Program-made: the position numbers and the translations under genes | Shown: positions 37,960 through 44,458 of the stretch, in pieces | How positions within the stretch are numbered: position 1 is the stretch's first letter | Layout: each line of letters opens with the position of its first letter | The notes under the pieces: generated by a model | The model's database searches: none | Told to the model about the DNA's origin: nothing | What the model saw: only the letters and a program-made list of their open reading frames with translations | From: Octopus bimaculoides | Lineage: Eukaryota | Assembly: GCF_001194135.2 (NCBI RefSeq) | Contig: NC_068985.1 | Coordinates: 119,615,934-119,660,391 of the forward strand | DNA: 44,458 nt | Reading direction: 5' to 3'

Positions 37960-38009
<50 letters not shown>

Positions 38010-38973
38010 CGTATGTGTGTACGTGCGCGCATGTGTGCGTGTACAGTGATGGATTCGAGGATTTCGTTTATTTACGAGTTGATTTCTTAATTTCACCGGA
38101 GTATAAATACCTATAATGGTGAAACACTTCTCAAATTCCATGTAATATTTTCTATAAGTATTTCATTTTGTTCACTTTCTTTTTCATATGAATCGACACT
38201 CGTCTGCGTGTGTATAGATCATGGTGTGCCTATGCGCGTAGACACGTGCGAGTACATACAAGATACATACCTAAATACATACATAGACATGCGACTCTGT
38301 GTGTGTGTGACTGTATGTGTATGTGTGTGCGTGTGTATGTTGTGTGTATATGTATGTGTGTGTACAACGATGGATTCGAGAGTTTCGTTTATTCACGAGT
38401 TGATTTCTTAATTTCACCGGAATATAAATACCTATAATGGTGATAATTAGAAATTAAAAATAAAATAAGTCGAACTTACAAATTTCCCCGATAAATAAGT
38501 GGTCATATTATTTATATCCTACAACGTATGTTTGATTCACCTGCCATCATTGAAAAACGTTGAAAACACTTAAATTCTATGCAATATTTTCTGTAAGTAT
38601 TTTGTTTACTTTCTTATTCATATGATTCGACCTTCGTCTGCGTGTGTATAGATCATGGTGTACCTAAGCGAGTAGACACGTGTGGGTACATACATACATA
38701 CATACATACATAGATATGCGACGCTGTGTGTTTGTGTTTGAGTGTGTGTATGTGTGTATGGGTGTGTATAGAGATGGATTCGATGGCTTCGTTTATTTAT
38801 GAGTTGATTTCTTAACTTTACCGAAGGATAAAATACCTATAATGGTGATACTTTAAAAAAAATTCAGTTCAAGTAAAAATCATGGCTAAGCAACGTATTG
38901 TAAGCCTCACTATAGTTTGTGAAAAAAATTATCTGCGCGCAGGGTGTGCATCGCCCCTCCGATGCCACTTTTT
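37751..38973 (+). mobile_element. Non-autonomous Helentron (HINE/DINE-1-like) element with three internal tandem repeats
   Basis: 5' palindrome taccctgc...gcagggta (37751-37780). 11-bp subterminal inverted repeat accctgcgcgc (37752) / gcgcgcagggt (38935). 3' hairpin gcatcg-cccctc-cgatgc, then a T-run. Repeat cores at 38048, 38369 and 38773. Confidence 0.8.
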
Positions 38974-38990
38974 CATTATAATTGTATTTT

Positions 38991-39207
38991 AAGGCGGCGA
39001 GCCGGCAGAATCGTTAGCACACCGGGCAAAATCCTTAGCAGTATTTCGTCAGTCTTTACGTTCTGAGTTCAAATTCCGCCGAGGTCGACTTTGCCTTTCA
39101 TCCTTTCGGGGTTCGATAAATTAAGTACCAGTTGCGTACTGGGGGTCGAACTAATCAACTGGCTCCTTCTCCCAAAATTTCGGGCCTTGTGCCTAGAGTG
39201 GACAAGA
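38991..39207 (+). mobile_element. Full-length SINE (central-block family)
   Basis: aaggcggcgagccggcagaatcgttagc...gcctttcatcctttcgggg...gggccttgtgcctagag. Confidence 0.9.
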
Positions 39208-40734
39208 TTATGATTGAATTCAACGTATTAACTATCTCAGATTCATACACTTATAGCAGAGGTCCTCCATTTTTATCTAAACGCTGTAAAAGAATTCGAA
39301 AGGTCGGGCCTCCAACCAAGCCACTCGCGATACACGTAAAGTTAGGAACTTTCCAGAATCCCTCATATTTTAACTAACATTTACTTTTGCTGCTGTATCA
39401 TAAAGTCTTTGTCATCATATGTTGTCTCTTATATCTGTTAAGTAGACAGCCCTTCGTTAAGAGAGTGGACGTGGATTTGCATAAAACATTAGACATTCGG
39501 GTAAAATGCCTGCAGTACTTAATTGCCGTAATTTGCGTTCTTAATTAAAATCCTGCCGTGCTCAATTCTGCCTTTCATTATTCTGAGTTGATAATACAAA
39601 GTACCAGTCAAATATTGGTGTTGCTTTTATATCGCTAAAGCAACATTGATGTGAATAGATTTACTATGGAAGAACACAAAGAAAGAAGATATAACGAGTA
39701 AAGGAACGAAGAAAAGAAAATATTTTAGCAAGTGAGAGAGAAAGAGAGAGAGATAACGAAAAGAAATGGAATAGAAAGACATAATACTGGACAGATAGGA
39801 AGACAAAGATAGTCGGCAAAAGGAATAAGTAATACACATGTCTAATAGTAATGTATAGACAGATAGATGTATATATTGCGTTAGGAAAAGTAAAGTACTA
39901 GAAAAAAAAGAGGCAAAACTTTATATATATATANNNNNNNNNNNNNNNNNNNNNNNNNNNNNNNNNNNNNNNNNNNNNNNNNNNNNNNNNNNNNNNNNNN
40001 NNNNNNNNNNNNNNNNNNNNNNNNNNNNNNNNNNNNNNNNNNNNNNNNNNNNNNNNNNNNNNNNNNNNNNNNNNNNNNNNNNNNNNNNNNNNNNNNNNNN
40101 NNNNNNNNNNNNNNNNNNNNNNNNNNNNNNNNNNNNNNNNNNNNNNNNNNNNNNNNNNNNNNNNNNNNNNNNNNNNNNNNNNNNNNNNNNNNNNNNNNNN
40201 NNNNNNNNNNNNNNNNNNNNNNNNNNNNNNNNNNNNNNNNNNNNNNNNNNNNNNNNNNNNNNNNNNNNNNNNNNNNNNNNNNNNNNNNNNNNNNNNNNNN
40301 NNNNNNNNNNNNNNNNNNNNNNNNNNNNNNNNNNNNNNNNNNNNNNNNNNNNNNNNNNNNNNNNNNNNNNNNNNNNNNNNNNNNNNNNNNNNNNNNNNNN
40401 NNNNNNNNNNNNNNNNNNNNNNNNNNNNNNNNNNNNNNNNNNNNNNNNNNNNNNNNNNNNNNNNNNNNNNNNNNNNNNNNNNNNNNNNNNNNNNNNNNNN
40501 NNNNNNNNNNNNNNNNNNNNNNNNNNTGTATGTGTGTGTGTGTGTGTGTGTATGTATACCTACATACATATACATATTATACATATGTAAAGTGAGAGAT
40601 ATGAAAATAGAAAACGACAAAGAGAGTGAGAGCAAAAAACACGGACAGAAAGAGAGTGTGAAAGAAAGAGAAAAGAGAAGAGAGAAAGGTATGAGGCAAC
40701 GTTGAGAAATTTTCTAGAATGTTCTTTGACTCAC

Positions 40735-41044
40735 TTGATCAAGAAATGAAGCCCATTAAATGGCTCTCCTTGGCTGACAATACAATTCCCTGTTGTTAGT
40801 TTATAAAGGTGTAGGGCCATAGCTAAATTGGTTTTCTGTCGTACTGGCCAGTCGCGAAATAATCTATATTTTTCAATGAATGATCTCTTGGTGTGAAGTT
40901 CTTGGGTCTGATGATCAAGAAAACAATCGAGATATACCTGCCTCCTGACAACTAGAAGTTCTACGCCGTCCACGGCTACAATAGTAGCAGTTCGATTACA
41001 GTCTTTCGACATAAGCGCCAGTTCACCAAATGCTTTTCCACTGT
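40735..41044 (-). CDS. Internal exon of the CNBD2-like gene: phosphate-binding cassette of CNB-A and start of CNB-B
   Basis: Acceptor ttaaactttcag|, donor AA|gtgagt; 310 nt (phase 1 to 2). Reads (D)SGKAFGELALMSKDCNRTATIVAVDGVELLVVRRQVYLDCF...FIEKYRLFRDWP...IVSQGEPFNGLHFLI(K), which contains the FGELAL...RTA motif. Confidence 0.95.
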
Positions 41045-41380
41045 CTGAAAGTTTAACCGTAACCACAAAACTAAATTAAATCTGTATTAAAACAAATTAT
41101 TAAAGACACATATTTTTATAAAGGCATACACAATCAAACGTAAAAGTCAAGAAATGGAATCAGCAGCTAAACATCCCTCATCTCTCAGATCACATTCTAG
41201 CTGTTTCACAAAAGGACACGTTTGTTGTAGACTGCTGTGCATAGAGGTCGAGTAAATACGGTATTATTACAGATAGAACATCAATAATCGTAGATCTACT
41301 CAATCAGTGCTGATTCGGAGCTCAATAGGAAAAATAAAGTGGGAAGAAAACGGATGGAAAAATAAATACATATATAATAA

Positions 41381-41590
41381 TTTTAAATTTTGATACAAAG
41401 CCAGCAATTTCGAGAAGGAGTAAGTCGATTATTACGACCTTAGTGCTTAACTGGTACTTATTTTATCGACCACGAATGGATGAAAGGCAAAGTCGACCAC
41501 GGCGAAATTTGAACATGGAATGTAAAGACGGATGGAATGCCGCTAAGCATTTTGCCAGGCGTGCTAATGATTCTGCCAACTAGCCATCTT
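41381..41590 (-). mobile_element. Full-length SINE (central-block family)
   Basis: Reverse complement aligns with 38991-39207. Confidence 0.88.
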
Positions 41591-42749
41591 AAAATTAAAA
41601 CGAATATATTCGGAAAAGGAAACGAAAGACAAAACTACACGAAGTTCGATCATCTTCAGGTTAATTGTTAAGGCGGGATATCAAACTAAGTGAGCTGGGT
41701 GTTGCTTACGAGGGAATATTTCATAGTTACAATGCATTAGATTATTGTCTTAGGTGACTACACACTCGCTAGCAGACATCTCAACCCTCTCGGCCCCTTC
41801 ACCCTTGGCTTTACAGCACATATATGATGTAATATCTGAAAGAAAGAGTTGCATCAGTACCAGGTTGGCACTCAGTTGCAACCAAGTAGACGGCAGCAAC
41901 GCAAAATGAACTGCGTTGCTCAAGGAATTGAACCTATGCTCTTATGAGCCAAACACAGGAAATATTAGGATACGCATCTTCACTCAAGTTGTTCAACCGG
42001 AAGCAAGTCTAATCAAAATGCTAAGGGTATAACACTGCCCTACAGTATTCAATGTCCCTCTAATGATTTTTCTTTTACAATATTCCATGACCTGTTTGTA
42101 CGTATATCACATCGTATATTGTACAATAAAATAAATATCCTTCGTATCCTCTCATTTTCATTGCTGGCAATTCATATGCAAAACTTTAACAAATCATGAT
42201 GTAAAAATGGCTATTTAATGGCTATTTAGAAGCTGTTCAATGGATTACAGAACATTAGATTTTTCAAAATGTTTAGAAAAGGTCCGTAGTCTACAGAGAA
42301 CATTTCACTGGGTCGCATATCGCCACCCGCAGGCCCGCAATGCAGGGTGGTGGAAATGAGCTACTCTCATCATCGAGTGTGCCTCAACGTGATGGCCCAA
42401 CCCGCTAGAAATAGTAGCCATATGCCGCCAAACAATACGGGATTTACCCATTAGATAATGAAGATCTACATACTTTATTATTTTGAGTAAAATACTTTAA
42501 CGCAGTGGTATACACGGTCAGAGTTAACCTGGTGTTGAACCAAACCACAGCAATAACGCGAATACTAGCTAGGTAGCCATCATGTGAAAGAAAATAATAG
42601 GTTTGTACATTACATGGTATGCAAGCTTTTTCATCTCAGTGGCAGTAAATCTAACTTTTCAAAAACCTTTAACATATAACGCCACATCAAAAATAGTTTT
42701 GAAAGTTTCATTATTAAAGATAAAACAAAAGCAGTAAACAGGTAGAATC

Positions 42750-43170
42750 GTAACCGTGCGGGGCAAAATGCTTTGTGACATTTCGTCTGTCTTTATGTTC
42801 TGAGTTCAAATTCAACCGAGGTCAACTTCACATTTCACCCTCTCGAGGGTTGATAAGATAAGTACCATCTGAACACTGGCATCAATGTAATTGACTTACT
42901 CCTCCTCCGAAATTGCTGGCCTCGTGCTAAAAACTGAAATCATTATTACGGATAAAACTAAAGTGGCGAGCTAGCAGACAGGAGAAAATACTTGGTAGCA
43001 GCATATCATCTGTCTTTACGTTCTGAGTTCAAATACCGCCGAGATCTACTTTGCCTTTCGTCCCTTCGAAGTCGGTAAGATACGTGCTAGTTGAACACTG
43101 GAGTCGAATTAATCGATTTATACTAATCTCTAAACATGCTGGCCTTGTGCCAAAATTCGAAATCATTATT
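42750..43170 (+). mobile_element. Two tandem degraded SINE copies, each ending gaaatcattattac
   Basis: Repeated gttctgagttcaaat...gctggcc...gaaatcattattac units. Confidence 0.8.
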
Positions 43171-43614
43171 ACAGAGAAAACTACCATGTTTGCTGTTCAG
43201 TTGACTTCCATTTCTGCACCACATACAAATAACACATTTCTCGCGCTATGACTTACAGCTTACATATTTAGAACATTGCAGTTCCTACTGCTCTGTATGC
43301 ACACGTCCTCAGCTGCGACTAAAAACCCCGTCTGACAAGCAATTTGCCTCGATCCTTCCCACCTATTATTTCAACTTCTTGAAATACTCAATCTCTGCAC
43401 ACGTCACATACGGGAAAAAAAAATGGGTAAGATACTTACAATTCTAAGTAACACACACATTATTATAAGAGCATAAATAAAAATGCAACGTGTATAAAGT
43501 ATGTTGTGCACTGTGTATTATGCACATGTGTTTGTGTCCGTGAGTCTGCATATATGTATGAGTGGGTATACGTGTGTTGCGTGCTTTTATGAATGTGCGT
43601 GTGTGTGCATATAA

Positions 43615-43661
<47 letters not shown>

Positions 43662-43705
43662 GGCGTGCGCGCTTGTTTTTCCGTTTGAAAAAGCAATGAC
43701 AATAC

Positions 43706-43899
43706 CTATATTGGAAATAAAGTTGCCGAAATATGATGAATGTAAACTTGGAGGATACTGTTTGATCTCGAAGCCCTTTGAAATATGGCTGTCCAAACTC
43801 TGCATTGAATCATCGCTCACTGGACTTCCCAGGTCATCATCGGTGTCTAGTGTCTTCTGTTGGTAAACCGATACGGCTCCAGATATTATGATGTAGAAA
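43706..43899 (-). CDS. Internal exon of a tandem cNMP-binding-domain (CNBD2-like) gene; beta-barrel start of CNB domain A
   Basis: Acceptor tctctttttctctctag|, donor ATAG|gtattg. The 194 nt (phase 2 to 1) read FYIIISGAVSVYQQKTLDTDDDLGSPVSDDSMQSLDSHISKGFEIKQYPPSLHSSYFGNFISNI; FYII.SG.VSV is typical of CNB domains. Phase matches the next exon. Only part of it is in the ORF track. Confidence 0.9.
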
Positions 43900-44168
43900 C
43901 TAGAGAGAAAAAGAGACGATAAAAACGTATGGGAATTAATAGAGATGAAGGAGTAGAAGTAATAAGAAAAAAAAAAAAGAAATTCCTGATTCTTGAAAGA
44001 AAAGAAATGTTCTCTCTATTTGCTTGATACATAAAATTTATGATCAGAGGTATTCCAGTTCTGGGCTGCAAGCCCTTTGCTTTAAAAAAAAAGATTAAAA
44101 TCAGATATAATGTTTCTAGATCTTTTCTCACATTTAACAGAGGAAGCGTTATATATATATATATATAC

Positions 44169-44458
44169 TCTTTTACTCTTTTACTCTTTTACTTGTTTCA
44201 GTCATTTGACTGCGGCCATGCTGGAGCAACGCTTTAGTCGAGCAAATCGACCCCAGGACTTATTCTTTGTAAGCCTAGCACTTATTCTATCGTAAACACA
44301 CCAGCATCGGTTGTCAAGCGATGGTGGGGGGACAAACACAGACACACAAACACACATACATATATATACATATATACGACGGGATTCTTTCAGTTTCCGT
44401 CTACTAAATCCACTCACAAGTCTTTGATGGGCCCAAGGCTATAGTAGAAGACACTTGC
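44169..44458 (-). mobile_element. Young CORE-like SINE running off the window end
   Basis: Reverse complement of the 19626/3549 family, with (AAAAGAGT)n tail at 44169-44192. Confidence 0.88.

Larger units (their letters stand above)
37684..39367. mobile_element. Tc1/mariner-type MITE split into 37684-37750 and 39208-39367 by later insertions
   Basis: Left end ta-cgggg...gctgaaaagttcctgacttt is an inverted match to right end aaagttaggaactttccagaatccctca-ta, with TA at both ends. Confidence 0.8.

Overview
AT-rich, microsatellite-dense eukaryotic genomic DNA with about 11 N-gaps. It is most likely octopus: this is an inference from the SINE, LINE and MITE families, which resemble octopus repeats as I recall them. 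The only confidently coding sequence is three phase-matched exons on the minus strand (43899-43706, 41044-40735, 34034-33927). They splice into a tandem cyclic-nucleotide-binding-domain protein (CNBD2-like); its further 3' exons were not located. The rest is intronic or intergenic and full of mobile elements: a Penelope-like element with an inverted pLTR carrying minimal hammerhead ribozyme motifs; RLE-type (Dong/R4/NeSL-like) and L1/Tx1-like LINE fragments; a decayed hAT transposase; many tRNA-derived SINEs, including a head-to-tail array; a Helentron/HINE-like element nested with a SINE inside a mariner-type MITE; a fold-back element with telomeric repeats flanked by a 60-bp direct repeat; a Helitron-like 3' end; and a 17-bp minisatellite. 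Several plus-strand exon-like segments hint at a possible antisense transcript, but this is unproven. I found no firm evidence for a wholly new biological system. The best leads are listed as findings.
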